From contig NC_083228.1 of the NCBI RefSeq assembly GCF_032191835.1, positions 45,694,001 through 45,758,000 of the forward strand: 64,000 nt of DNA, in the 5' to 3' direction. Every line of letters begins with the position of its first letter. Position 1 is the stretch's first letter. Source of the stretch: Heteronotia binoei (lineage: Eukaryota). This document shows positions 1-12,396 of the stretch, in pieces. The position numbers and the translations under genes are program-made. Below the pieces are notes generated by a model. The model made no database searches. It was not told where the DNA came from and saw only the letters and a program-made list of their open reading frames with translations.

Positions 1-652
1 TGGGAAGGAGGGTGAAACTCCAGGTTAGGCCTACAAATCCCAGATGCCTCTATGGCCAAAAAGTGCGTGAAAGCCAGGGGGCGGAGTCAGAAGATATAAA
101 TGCTCCAGCCAGCCTGGGAGGAGGGTCCTGCAACCCTCAGAAAGGCCAGGAGGCTCTTGCTGCAGATTGCCCACAGGCAGAGAAAGGCCTTGGGGATCAG
201 GGAAGGCAGCAGTGGGAAGGGATCCTTGGAGGGATCCAGAACTACCTGTAAAAGGCAGGAGGCCAGGCTGCAAATTGGTAACTGAACCTCATCCCAAGGG
301 AAAATAAGTATAAGGATCAATTCAGGGACAAAGGAACTTATTTGTGCACGGTGGTGTTTTCCTCTCTGTGTTTGATTTAAAGTGCCTTTTTGTATTTAAA
401 ATCCTGTTACTTATAAATAGTCAATAAAATCTTTGTTCTTTGTTTAAAACCCCGGTCTGGTGCTCTGACCACAGAGTCTCCCCTGCTCTGCCCACTACCA
501 GTGCCTTAAGAAGGGTCCCAGGAGGGAAAAAAACCAAAAATGTGCAGGTACCAATCCTCCAGGAGAAACCCAAAGTTAGGGATTTTCATCTCCAAACCCC
601 AGGAGTCAGCCAGAGGGGTCTCACTGCCCCTCAAGAAAGGCACCTACTTCCA
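1..652 (+). mobile_element. LTR-like insertion (partial, runs off the window start) interrupting the hAT transposase
   Basis: AATAAA at 423-428. The segment ends in ...ACTTCCA (~652), just before the hAT reading frame begins. Family not recognised. Confidence 0.35.
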
Positions 653-895
653 AGCTAGAGAAACAAATAAAAGCAGAACATAAGTACTAACAGCATGTCA
701 TGGAGAGAATTATTGCCGTAATATGTACTCTTGTAGAACAAGGCTTACAATTCAGAGGAGACAATGAACACTTTGGATCTCCAAATAATGGCAAAATAAA
801 GTCTTTTAGAACTAGTGGCAAAATTTGATCCATTTTTACTTGCTCATATCAATCGGTATGGATATTCTGGATCAGGCAATCCCTCTTATTTGTCA

Positions 896-974
896 AAAAC
901 TATATGTGAGGAAATCTATATGTGAGGAAAACTATATGTGAGGAAACTATAATGTGAGGAACTATATGTGAGGA
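896..974 (+). repeat. Five tandem copies of CTATATGTGAGGA (14-16 bp period)
   Basis: Copies start at 900, 916, 932, 947 (one extra A) and 962. The unit is hAT coding sequence (T-I-C-E-E) immediately left of the CR1 junction. Confidence 0.95.
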
Positions 975-1879
975 AATCATTCTAGTTGCCCTTCTCTGCA
1001 CCTTCTCTAAAGCTATAATATCCTTTTTGAGGTGCGGCGACCAGAACTGCACACAGTACTCCAAATGAGACCGCACCATCGATTTATACACCATCGATTC
1101 TCTGCCAGTTCACACCCCTACAAATACAAGTTGATGGGGTGTGAACTGGCAGAGACTGATCAAGAGAGAGATCTTGGGGTCATGATAGATAACTCACTGA
1201 AAGTGTCAAGACAGTGTGCGTTTGCAATAAAAAAGGCCAATGCCATGCTGGGAATTATTAGGAAGGGAATTGAAAACAAATCAGCCAGTATCATAATGCC
1301 CCTGTATAAATCGATGGTGCGGTCTCATTTGGAGTACTGTGTGCAGTTCTGGTCGCCGCACCTCAAAAAGGATATTATAGCTTTAGAGAAGGTGCAGAGA
1401 AGGGCAACTAGAATGATTAAAGGGCTGGAGCACTTTCCCTATGAAGAAAGGTTGAAACGCTTGGGACTCTTTAGCTTGGAGAAACGTCGACTGCGGGGTG
1501 ACATGATAGAGGTTTACAAGATAATGCATGGAATGGAGAAAGTAGAGAAAGAAGTACTTTTCTCCCTTTCTCACAATACAAGAATTCGTGGGCATTCGAT
1601 GAAATTGCTGAGCAGACAGGTTAAAACGGATAAAAGGAAGTACTTCTTCACCCAAAGGGTGATTAACATGTGGAATTCACTGCCACAGGAGGTGGTGGCG
1701 GCCACAAGTATAGCCACCTTCAAGAGGGGTTTAGATAAAAATATGGAGCACAGGTCCATCAGTGGCTATTAGCCACAGTGTATGTGTGTATATAACATTT
1801 TTTGCCACTGTGTGACACAGAGTGTTGGACTTGATGGGCCGTTGGCCTGATCCAACATGGCTTCTCTTATGTTCTTATG
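975..1879 (+). mobile_element. 5'-truncated CR1 LINE with rearranged 5' end
   Basis: ORF2 C-terminus [25 protein letters not shown]...RWNSLP-like...ISGY* (stop at 1772). 3' UTR ends TCTTATGTTCTTATG. 975-1090 is an inverted copy of 1303-1418. Confidence 0.95.
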
Positions 1880-4526
1880 ATTCAACTCATGGAAAAAAAA
1901 GTTAAGGCTGTAATTCTGGCTGATGTGAGAAAGACTGGATATTTCAGCTTTTCAGTAGATTCTACTCCTGACATTTCATATATTGATCAGTTGACTTTAA
2001 TTATCAGATACGTATCACGTGAAGATGGTTTGCCTACTGAGAGATTTTTAACTTTCCTTGAGCTAAAAGACCACTCTGGAGAAAGCATGGCTGATTTAGT
2101 GTTCAACTATTTTACTACTGAGCTTGAAATTGACTTTAGAAAATGTCGCGAGCAGTCTTATGACAACGCTGCCAACATGACTGGTAAGTACAATGGTATG
2201 CAGCAAAAAATCATTGAAAAAAAAACAATTTGCAAGATTTATTCCATGCGCAGGTCACTCTTTAAATCTAGTGGGCGGTTCAGCTGTGGATTGCTGCCTT
2301 GATGCAGTGAACTGTTTTGGCATTATCAATGAAATTTAGATTTTCTTTTCATCCTCCACAAGGAGATGGGCAGTTCTAAAATCATTTTTGCCACCTCAAT
2401 CTAAAGTGCCTAAATATTTGTCAGACGCTAGGTGGGATGCACACACAAAGACCACAGAAGCTGTTTTGGAAAGTTACAGTGCTATCACTGATGGCCTCAG
2501 TCATTTGTACTCTGACATTAATGGAGAGACCAGACTTCAAGCTAACAATCTTTTTGCAGAAAATGGAAGAACTGGAATTTGTGTTTATGCTGCATTTTTG
2601 CACACGTCTGCTAGGACATTTTCACAAGGTCAGCAAAGCCCTTCAGAAATCAGACCTGTTATTGAGTTCTTGTGCAAGTTTGTACAGTTCACTTCTGGAT
2701 TTTTGAAAGAAAATTAGAGAAGATTTTGATGAGCTTGAGAAACAAGCAAAAGCCACCTTGCCAAATGTTAACTACAAAACAAGGCGACAAAGAGTAAAGG
2801 AACAGCAAAGAAATAACAGAAGTGCACCTGATCCTTAGATGCACTTTCTTCAAGAGATAAGTTGAGGATAAAATCCTTTATTCCTATAGTAGATGCACTT
2901 GAAGCCAATTTAAAAAGTACTGTGTATAGTGATGTTGCACAATTGTTTTCTATTCTTGCTAATCTGACAGCATCTAAGCAAGAAATTCAGCAAGGTGTTA
3001 AATTGTTGATGGAAGAATACCCAGAAGGTATTGACCTGAAACTTATTGATGAACTTTTGCACTTTCACCTGTACATGAGACAAAGCCATAGGCTTATAGA
3101 AGAGCACTCTCTGTCTCATACAGACCTTTATCAAATTATATACAAGGAAAAAATTCAGATGCCCTTTCCTAATGTGGAAGCAATCTTGCAACTATTTCTT
3201 AGCTTTATGGTCACTAACTGTTCAGGAGAGAAAAGTTTTTCAAGACTCAAAAGAATTAAAACTGAATTAAGGGCCATGATGTCTCAAGAGAGTTTGCCTG
3301 AGCATTCTGAGAGTGACAAACCGACAAACAAATTTTGATGAAGTTTTGAATAATTTTGCTATGAGGAAGGCTAGAAAAAACATTTTTAGTCTTTCTGTAT
3401 TTGATGGTTGTAGTTTACTTCTTAATATGTATTTTAAAATTGACTGTTTAATGACAACATAAAATAGATTCTAAAAGTGCCACACTGTCATGTAATCATG
3501 ATCATATTAGTTACACTTCCCAGGCAATATAATTTGTAAACTCAAGGTGTTTTTTTTAAAGAATAACATTACAACTTCATTTTCCTAAAAATTAATGCTT
3601 ATTCCACAAAAGGTTTACAAAGTTCAGTTATTACAAAAGTTTTTCAATGTTAATTTTAATATGTATGCATTTTTTTCTAATCCCTATGGTATTTAACAAT
3701 AACATCTTATGTCCTTTAGAGGAGAAATTGTGAATTGCAGAATTTTAAATACTTGTCATCATCCTTGGCTTCACTCAATTTTGTTTATAACACTTCCATT
3801 TTCTTCTAGTTGTGAGGGTGGGGGATTGGGAGGGGCCTCACAAGTGGAGTAGCCTAGGGCCTCCCTTCATCTAAATCCAGCCCTGACCTGATCTGCCTGG
3901 ATATCTATATTTCTTCATGTTGAAATCAAATCACAACTTCTTACTGATTGTTTTAGATAGGCATAGGATCTGCTTTATGTTACTGTTCTAATGATAGAGG
4001 AATTGTTAGTAGGTAGTGATGTACTGAAAAAAATGGCTGAAAAATTAAAGAAATGTTCAGCTATCGTGTTATTGTGATTTTTGGATGAATGAACATTCAG
4101 CATTATAAAGAAACTTAGAGGCCTCAAGGAAAAAATGTATTGTTAATAGCAATATTTCTTAAATTTTTATAGCAAGTCAGATGCCAGAAGCAAAAGTGGC
4201 TCCATTAGTTTATAGTCTGGATTTCTGAACATATAGCATATATTCTCTTGATTAGAGTTATACATAGCTACTGTATCTTGATAGAAACTCGAGTGTTATT
4301 AAGATTCCATATACATGCCTCTTATTTGATTAGTTAGTATGGCACTGATAGTGCTGTAAGGTATATTAATGTGTGCTGTAAGGTATATTAATGATGACAC
4401 AGGCAGACTGTTTTATCAAAATTCTCACAGGGGGGTTGAACAATGAAGCCCAGAAGCAAGTATTGGGGGGGGGGGGGGAAGGGAAGAAAGAAAGAGCACA
4501 ATAAAATTTAGAGGTTCCGGAGCTCC

Positions 4527-4840
4527 TAGGGTTGTTTTCACATGCGTATGGTGCACATGGTGTGCATGGTGTGATGATGTCACTTGCAAGTGACATCATT
4601 GCACTGGTGACATTGCACACCAGCTGCTCTAGGAGTTTCCGAGAAAACTCTATGGTTTTTCCAGATGCTCTAGCAATTTGGGAGGAAAACTAGAGTTTCC
4701 CTCCCAAATTGCGAGAGTAGCTGGTGTGCAATGTCACCGGCATGATGACATCACTTACGAGTAATGTCATTGTGCCACGTGCGCTATGCATGTGCAAAAA
4801 CAGTCTCCCACCAGAGGCCACAGAAGACTTGGCAACTCTA
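4527..4840. mobile_element. hAT-Blackjack-like MITE with palindromic interior
   Basis: Termini TAGGGTTG...CAACTCTA. Internal inverted repeats such as GGTGACATTGCACACCAGCT / AGCTGGTGTGCAATGTCACC. Confidence 0.6.
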
Positions 4841-4884
4841 GGACCTCTGGATCCTCTAAATTTTATTGTGCTTTCTTTCGGATT

Positions 4885-4970
4885 CTGAATAAAATTTTGT
4901 TGTTTTTAAAGGTGCCACTGGACTCAAACTTTGTTCTGCTGCTTCAAACTAATGTAGCTAACTTGACTTG
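4885..4970 (-). repeat. Interspersed repeat fragment (Penelope-like terminus, tentative)
   Basis: Reverse complement of the GGCACCTTTAAGACCAACAAAGTTTTATTC block that also occurs at ~14684 and ~36631. Confidence 0.5.
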
Positions 4971-5715
4971 CCTGATATTCTTATATAGCCAATTTTATGC
5001 TTTATTTGAATTTATCTTTAACAAAATGACAGCGCTTTGATAATATTGTGGGAATGCTGCAACACTGATATAACTCCTTTGAACTTGAAAAAATTGGGTT
5101 CATGTGAGCCCTTCTGCATTAAACACACCATTCTTGTATTTCTTGATGAGAATGTTGTGAACTGTGTGAGAAAACCAGCGACAGAAAAATGTGCCATCAT
5201 CAGAAGGATTTGCTTTAAAAACAAAAGCCAGATATGGAAAGACAGAATTGCTTATGCAGAATTAGAATGTCTAAATTAGTGAATGAGCATATGAAGCTTG
5301 GATTTTTTAAAAAAAGATGATTCTCAAGAGCATTTGTATTTAATAGAATATGCTTGATGAGAGAGGCCCTATTCAAGTATCTGCCTATTCAGTGACTGAA
5401 AACTGTAAATCATCCCAATTATATCTCTAAATTGAGAGCTTGTTCTGTAAGACACAGTATTTAACATTGGGAACCTAGTGAATAATTTAACCCCTTTTCT
5501 TCAAGTCTGGAGGAAGAAGGAATGTCAGAAACATTTATTTAAGATATTTATTTAAAACATTTCTATGACGCTTTCCCACACAATTCAGCATCCCCAAGGC
5601 AGCAAACATTAAAACACTTCAGCCATTAAAAAGTACTTAACACACATACATATAATATGTTCATAATATAAACTTATGAAAGACATAAATGCATAAAACA
5701 CAAACAGGGATGAGG

Positions 5716-5922
5716 GCCAGCATGGTATAGTGGTTAGAGCATAGAGACCCAGATTTCAGTTCTTATCCTGCCATGGAAGCTTGCTATTTGACTTTAGACC
5801 AGATTACCTACACATTCTAACTTATCTCACAGGGCTGTTGTGATGATAAATTTAACAATATCCATTTTGGGTCTCTAGTTGGAGAAAGGTGTGGTATAAA
5901 TGAAATAGATGTAAAAATAATG
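5716..5922 (+). mobile_element. tRNA-derived SINE (degenerate)
   Basis: A-box-like CATGGTATAGTGGTTAGAGC head, CTCACAGGGCTGTTGTG core and AT-rich tail. Confidence 0.7.
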
Positions 5923-6381
5923 AGATTTAGTGAGGAAACACCAAACAAAAAAACCCCACCTGTTTTCATTCACTGGTAGAAGACAATGATAGAGGGTGTC
6001 ATTACCTGCCTCAGTCAACTCAGTGACTTCAAGGACCCAAGATTTGATGACTGAAGAGAGCCAAAGGGGCCAGGAAGGACCAGCACTGCAGAGGCCTTCA
6101 TGAGCCACATGCACCATAGCCCATCTTACCATAGCTTGCAAGAGAAATCTTGCCACTGATCCCTCAGGCAGCTACCAAGTCTCCCAACATGCAGGACCCA
6201 AACTGGACCTGTAGCCCCCCAGAATCCTCTCCCATTCTGGTAGAACAGTGGTGGCAGATGGGACAGGCTGAAGTGTTACAGGACAGATGAAGTGCCAGAA
6301 TGGCTGCATGTAATCCAACTGTTGAGGTTCATTTTGGAGTAGGCAGTCATTCAAGTATGCTGTAACCCAAGTCATATAGGG

Positions 6382-6517
6382 CAGGGGTGGCCAACGGTAG
6401 CTCTCCAGATGTTTTTTGCCTACAACTCCCATCAGCCCCAGCCATTGGCCATGTTGGCTGGGGCTGATGGGAGTTGTAGGCAAAAAACATCTGGAGAGCT
6501 ACCGTTGGCCACCCCTG
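6382..6517. mobile_element. Palindromic hAT MITE with perfect 8-bp TSD
   Basis: CAGGGGTGGCCAAC...GTTGGCCACCCCTG with ~63-bp perfect arms. TSD ATATAGGG at 6374-6381 and 6518-6525. Confidence 0.95.
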
Positions 6518-6544
6518 ATATAGGGCTTTAAAGAAATATCAACA

Positions 6545-6746
6545 CAGGACTTTTTAAATAGAAAAAGCCCAGCAGGGACTCATTTGCATATTAGGCCACA
6601 CCCTCTGATGTCATCATTGTTTCACGCAGGTCTTTTTTGTAGAAAAAGGCCAGCAGGAACTCATTTGCCTATTAGGCCACATCCCCTAACACCAAGCCAG
6701 CCGGAACTGCGTTCCTCTGCATTCCTGCTAAAAAAAAAAAGCCTTG
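6545..6746. mobile_element. Non-autonomous hAT-like MITE
   Basis: CAGGACTTTTT...AAAAAGCCTTG termini. Internal duplicated AGCAGG(G/A)ACTCATTTGC(A/C)TATTAGGCCACA unit. Confidence 0.6.
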
Positions 6747-6749
6747 ATC

Positions 6750-6890
6750 AGCACCATTAACTGGGAGCCAGTATAGATGGAACAAGACTGGAGTGGTATT
6801 GTCTGTGTGACCTACAGCAGTCAGTGTTCCAGCTTCAGCATTTTTTGACATCTGCAGCTTCTGGACAGTATGTGTCTGCAATCACTTACT
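6750..6890 (-). mobile_element. L2 LINE fragment
   Basis: Degenerate L2 ORF2 C-terminal peptide ...DNTTPVLFHLYWLPV. Confidence 0.65.
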
Positions 6891-7489
6891 GAAAAATCAT
6901 ACAGAATCAAGGCTTACTCATTTTGTTATATTTTAAAGCACTAGAGATTTTTTCCCCCGGCCTAAGTCCATTGCAAAATTCAACTTTTCAGCCATATTTA
7001 ACTTGGTATGCACTTTAGGATTCTGTCATGGGACCAGTGAAGCGCTAACAATATGCCTGCAACATAGAGGTGAGTTTAAATTGTTCCCAGTGGTGGTCAT
7101 CTCCAAGTATCAAGCCATTCTCATGCAGCAATTTTGTCCACACTACTACAAACTCATTTCCTTCCCCTCCCCAAATGGAGGTCTCTGGTGTGCAGTAAAT
7201 CAGCCAATACATGTAAAGCTAGTGTATACAAAGAACTTGCTATATGTACAAATATGGACTTGTAATATAGAAAGCTGTCTTATACTATTGTTCCATCTAA
7301 GTTAATATTGCTCAATTTGATTGGCAGCAGTTCTTTGGGTTTAAAAAGGGGATAAAAAGTATAGTAGCTTCATCTATCTCAGATCCTTGAACTGAAGATG
7401 CCAGGGGTTGAATTTAGAACCTTATGTATGCAACACCAACACGTCATAAGCCATGGCCCACTGAAGATCATCACAAGGAATTTATTTCA

Positions 7490-8330
7490 ATTTTGTGTTA
7501 TTTATTTTACAAAATTTATATCTCACATTTCATAAGGACCCCCAAGGCCAATTCAAACATACATTATAAAATCACATTTGAAAGCCATTAAAACTAACCA
7601 AAAAGAACAACAGATCATTACAACAATTTAAACTTGAACTAAAATAAGTACAAAGATAATAAAAATAAGAAAGCATTGGGCAGGAATCAGGGATCACTGA
7701 GGGAACATGGCAACAGGACAGACAAAACTCCCTAGGGAGAGAGTTCCAGAGTTTTGGTGCCACAACCAAGAAGGTCCTCATCCAGGCCTAATCTCAGAAG
7801 GTGAGGAACCTGAAGCAGGGCCTCTGAAGAATACCATAACAGTTGGGTGGGTTCATTAAAGAAGTAATTCAGGTATGTTGGTACTAAACCATATAGGGCT
7901 TTGAAGGTTCACCCCAGCAGCTTGAATTGTGCACAGAAAGAAATTGGAAGCCAATGAACATGACCAAGGCTTGACCAATATTGTCTCTGCAACCCACTCC
8001 AGTCAACATCGAGGCTGCAGGATTCTGCACCAACTGAAGTCTCCAAACACTTTGAAGTTTCCAAACGACACATAGTTCATTGCAATAACCTAATCTAGGT
8101 GTAACCAGGGCATGTACCACAGTGACCAAGGAAAGGTCCCAACTCATAAGAAGCAACTCTTGACCACGGCTTCCAGCTGCTTATCCTCCAGTAGGCAACC
8201 CCATACAGAAAGGGTGGCATCTTAAATGCTGGGGCAGACTTTCCACTTACCAATACTACTTCCAATTTAATGGGATTGAACTTCGGTTTATTAGCTTGCA
8301 TCCATTCCAGAAGGATATCTTAAAGTGGCC
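7490..8330 (-). mobile_element. L2 LINE 3' fragment
   Basis: VHALVTPRLGYCN, LQLVQNPAASMLTG and FLVVAPKLWNSLP motifs, with an AT-rich tail. Confidence 0.85.
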
Positions 8331-9446
8331 CAAAATTAGGGATTGTATTGTGCATGCTAAACTATACTGAGAATTAAATAGATAAAATTGGTAGTACACA
8401 TGACAGGAATAATGCAAGGACCTGAAGTACTCTTTAAACAGCATCTCATGAGAACCAAAACTATTATATTCCAACTTGTTAAGTTTTATCATTTTGTTCT
8501 TTAAAGAAAGAAAGCTTTGTGTATATACTACATTCTTGTCTTTGCGCCAGGAGTTTTTAAAGGGATACCTGAATCAGCATTTTTTCACAGAGTACGTGGA
8601 TCACATATTCAGGGAATTTTAATGTATTCTATTTTAAATACTCAGAGGCTGGTCCTTGGATATGTGGCCACTATGATGATGATAGCAATACTTTTGCATG
8701 TTTAGCAGCACCACCCCAAGCAATGTTAGATTCTTCCAAGCCTGCTGCCTTCAATGGATTTTTATAGGAAGTTATACATCATAAGCAAAGGTGGCTTTAT
8801 TGGTTTATGCTCAGTGTTGTTGAACATACAGCATACATTCCCCACATTAGTGTTACATATAGCTATCTGGATAGAAACTAGAGTGCTATTAGGATTCTAT
8901 AAACCTACCTAATATTGGTCTGAAAATTAAAATTTTATCTAGCTCGATACAACTGTAATTTTTCTCTCTGCCACATTAACTATAATTGACTCTGCATAAC
9001 GAGGGCAAGAGAAATGTGCTTGAAGAACAGTATATTCAAAGATATAATGTTATGAAGTTCACATAGCTTGTCCCAAGGGTAGAATCATCTCCTTTCACCC
9101 TTCCCAATCACTAACCATTGTTATCTTTTTCGACTGACTCCTCAGCATGTGTTGCTACTGGCCTTGTTAAGAGGCATTAGTTCCTCTTTATTCTGAAATC
9201 AAATAATCTGTTTCTTTCCCTCTTCTTGGGAATGTTAAGTCTGTTTCTAATCCTATTTTGATCAATAAGAAATTGATATAACCCTCTCCCCCCCCCCTGC
9301 CAGCTGGCTCTGGACTCTGGCTCAGAAGCCTTGGAGGAGGAGCCTGAGTAGTCACAAATATAGCCTGGGGGAGAGTGGAAAACCCATGCATGGTAGAAGA
9401 TTTTGCCCCATTTGTTCCAGAGGCTGCCCATGAGGAGCCTGCAGTT

Positions 9447-9660
9447 TAGAGTTGCCAGCCTCCAGATGGGGCCTGAAGATTTCCCACTTTTACAACTGAT
9501 CTCCAGCTGGCAGAGATCAGCTCCCCTGGAGAAAAATGGCTGAAGGGTGGACTCTACGGCACTGTTCCTTGCTGGGGCCCGTCCCCTCCCCAACCCCACC
9601 CTCTCCCAGATCCACCCTCAAAGTCTCCAGATATTTTCCAGCACAGACCTGGCAAACCTA
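9447..9660. mobile_element. hAT-Blackjack-like MITE
   Basis: TAGAGTTGCCAG...CTGGCAAACCTA. 8-bp TSD CTGCAGTT/CTACAGTT (1 mismatch). Confidence 0.8.
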
Positions 9661-9741
9661 CTACAGTTTAGCTTTCTCCATTAAAACATCCCTCTCTTAC
9701 CCAGGTCCAAGGCAACTATGCAGCAACCAAGAATCTACCCC

Positions 9742-9984
9742 TAGGGTTGCCAGCCTCCAGGTGTGAGCTAGACATATCCTAGAATTACAAATAATCTCCA
9801 GACTACATAAATCATTTATTTATTTTAAATATTTATTCCACTTCTCCTGGAGAAAATGGCTGCTTTGGAAGGCAGACTGCATGACATTATATCCTAACAA
9901 AGTTCCTCCCCTCCCTAAACCCCGTTCTCCCAGGCTCCTCCCTCAGATCTTCAGGTATTTCTGAACCTAGAGTGGGCAATCTTA
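9742..9984. mobile_element. hAT-Blackjack-like MITE, same family as 9447-9660
   Basis: TAGGGTTGCCAGCCTCCAG start and shared CCTGGAGAAAATGGCTG core. Confidence 0.7.
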
Positions 9985-11879
9985 CCCAGCCCACGAGCCC
10001 ACAAGTATTTGCCTCCACCCAGAAGGAACAGCAGAGGCAGCAGGTTCATGCTAGGTAGCTGAGAGGAAACACAGTGCAAAGTTAGCAGCCCATGCATCAG
10101 CTGTGGAACCAGACCTAGTTCTCTGCAGGATTCTAGCCTGCTTAAGACCTCACCAGGAGAGTTCCAGAAACAGTCTCCCAGAAGAGCTAGGTCTGTTTTC
10201 CTCAGTCTATTTAAGCTAAGGACAAGCACTACTAGATCAATTGATTGATAAGCCATTACTAGTGATACACTGCTCTAGACCCTACCAAGTAGTAATTTGT
10301 AGGGAGAATCCTGGGTCTCAAGGAAATTGATGAACCAGGAATTCTGAGGCCAGAAAAGGCAGGAAAGGAAGCTTTGTAAAATTTCAGAATTTCCCTCTCA
10401 GATGCTCAGAGGTAAGCAATGCTTTCCCTAACCTTCCTATCCTCCTCCTACAGGACCACCCTGTGGTATGTTAGCAAGAGCTCAAGTTACAAAAAAGTGC
10501 ATTAATTCCTCTTGAAAGAGAAACAAAAGAGAAATTCTTCTTTTGAAAGAGAAGAATGATAATAAGAGAAATCAATGGCTAAAAAAGTGAAATTTGGGGA
10601 AAGAAATTCTACTCCCTGTAACTATGCTAATTGCTACAAGGTTGCTTAACATTGGATGAGATGGATCATGCTTCTTCTTATGATCCTTTGGTTTTTACCC
10701 ACTGTCTGTGACTTGGTTGGAACATAACACAAACCCATGCTTTATTTTGACTATAGGTTAAACCATGCGTGAGGTCAGATGGGCAGGTTACCATGGCAAT
10801 ATCTTGGCTTTAAATAAGCCACTTGAGTTCAGGGTGGTTTCTCTTGATCAGACAGAGCCCCCTAAATTGGTATTATAGTGCTGCAAGCCCGTAGTTGGTC
10901 ATCCACATTGCTAACATGCTGGAACCATGGATTTGTGACTGGGTTGGTGGCTGTGTTCTATAATGGCACTGAAATGCACATCAGAGTGAGGTTGTTTTTT
11001 TTATTTAAAGGATGCACTGGAAATGGAGTGGAACAATCACACCACTCATGTATTTCCACAGTGCACTCTGGCAAGCAGACACCCAGAAACCCATTATTGA
11101 AGCGCTTCACCAAAGTATTTAATCTGCATAGGAGTCATTTTAGCATGAGGTAGGGATGAGTGGGACATGGGAGCCAGATGTGTGCATTTAAACACACCCA
11201 TTTGATCCAGAGGGAGGGGTGGCTATGTCAGGCCAAACTGCTTGTGTGATTGCATCTCCTGACTGACCTTACAGATGATCTTTTCAGATTCTGGTTTCAT
11301 AATTTTTGTTCTTTTGTACCACAGAGATTTCACTAGTGTCCGCCAATATTGTTATGAAGTTGATGCTTGGAAGCAAGCCAGGTGAAGCCAGTATGGTCTG
11401 GTCTTGTACTTTATGTAAAACTATAATTGCAAACCAATTATGGCTAATAAACAAACTTTAAATTTTGTTTTCAGATCCTGGTCTGACCATCATACTCTAG
11501 CAGTAGCTAATAGTCCTGCATTTGTATGATCACACTATCCCTAGTATTTTAGGAGAGCTATGTGCAACATCTGGATTGATCCCAAACTTTTGATGTGAAA
11601 CTAATTTGATGTAGTTCTTCTAAGCAATAAGAATGAACAATCATGTTTTTGAAGGAGACCTTTGCATATGTGTGTATGGTTGACTGGTCGCATTCTGACA
11701 GAACTTTAAACCTTGGGAGAGGGGAGGAAATTTGTTTGCTTTGGTGTACTGTAATTTTGATGGTTTTGTTGACAGTGTTAAAAGTGCCTTGAAGTAATAG
11801 AAAAATTGTACCAATAAATAAAAAAAAAATGCACAACATAGAGCTATGTGGTGCATATAGCCCAGACATTTTCCTATTA

Positions 11880-12116
11880 GGAGAAGGAGAAAAGATTGGA
11901 TTTATACCCCACCCTTCACTTGGAGCCTCAGAGCAGTTTACAATCTCTTCCATTCTCCCCACAACAGACATCCTTTGAGGTAGGTGGGGCTAAGAGAGTT
12001 CTTTTGAGACTGCTGTTAAGAGAACAGCTGTTTCACTCAGAAGGTGTATGTGGAGGATTGGGGAATCAAACCTGGTTCTCCCAAATTAGAGAATTTAACC
12101 ACAACACAAAGCTATC
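11880..12116 (-). mobile_element. tRNA-derived SINE
   Basis: Reverse-strand tRNA-like head (...GGGGAATCAAACCTGGTTCTCC...TTAACCAC on +) and TTTATACCCCACC tail. Confidence 0.75.
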
Positions 12117-12190
12117 TCTTCACTAGCTCCAAATTGGCTAAGGACTTGACCACGATAGTAAATAAAAATGTCCCTCAATTTAGTTATGAT

Positions 12191-12396
12191 NNNNNNNNNN
12201 NNNNNNNNNNNNNNNNNNNNNNNNNNNNNNNNNNNNNNNNNNNNNNNNNNNNNNNNNNNNNNNNNNNNNNNNNNNNNNNNNNNNNNNNNNNNNNNNNNNN
12301 NNNNNNNNNNNNNNNNNNNNNNNNNNNNNNNNNNNNNNNNNNNNNNNNNNNNNNNNNNNNNNNNNNNNNNNNNNNNNNNNNNNNNNNNNNNNNNNT
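12191..12396. other. Assembly gap (206 N)
   Basis: Run of N. Confidence 1.

Larger units (their letters stand above)
657..3885 (+). pseudogene. hAT (Tip100/ZMYM1-like) transposase remnant with 3' terminus, split by a CR1 insertion
   Basis: Peptides: QGLQFRGDNEHFGSPNNG and [10 protein letters not shown], continuing after the CR1 as IQLMEKKVKAVILADV...FSFSVDSTPDISYIDQLTLIIRYV. C-terminal dimerisation motif FPNVEAILQLFLSFMVTNCSGEKSFSRLKRIK (ORF 2862-3338). Multiple stops and frameshifts. hAT-like end TAAATCCAGCCCTG at 3872-3885. Confidence 0.85.

Noticed and set aside
900-1094. Minus-strand [21 protein letters not shown]...
   Set aside because: It is the inverted duplicate of CR1 ORF2 plus the target tandem, not a gene.
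4351-4393. 21-bp direct duplication GTGCTGTAAGGTATATTAATG
   Set aside because: Simple slippage duplication with no further structure.
11318-11390. Acceptor-flanked open stretch (DFTSVRQYCYEVDAWKQA or ISLVSANIVMKLMLGSKP)
   Set aside because: Weak donors, no recognisable protein and no consistent exon chain.
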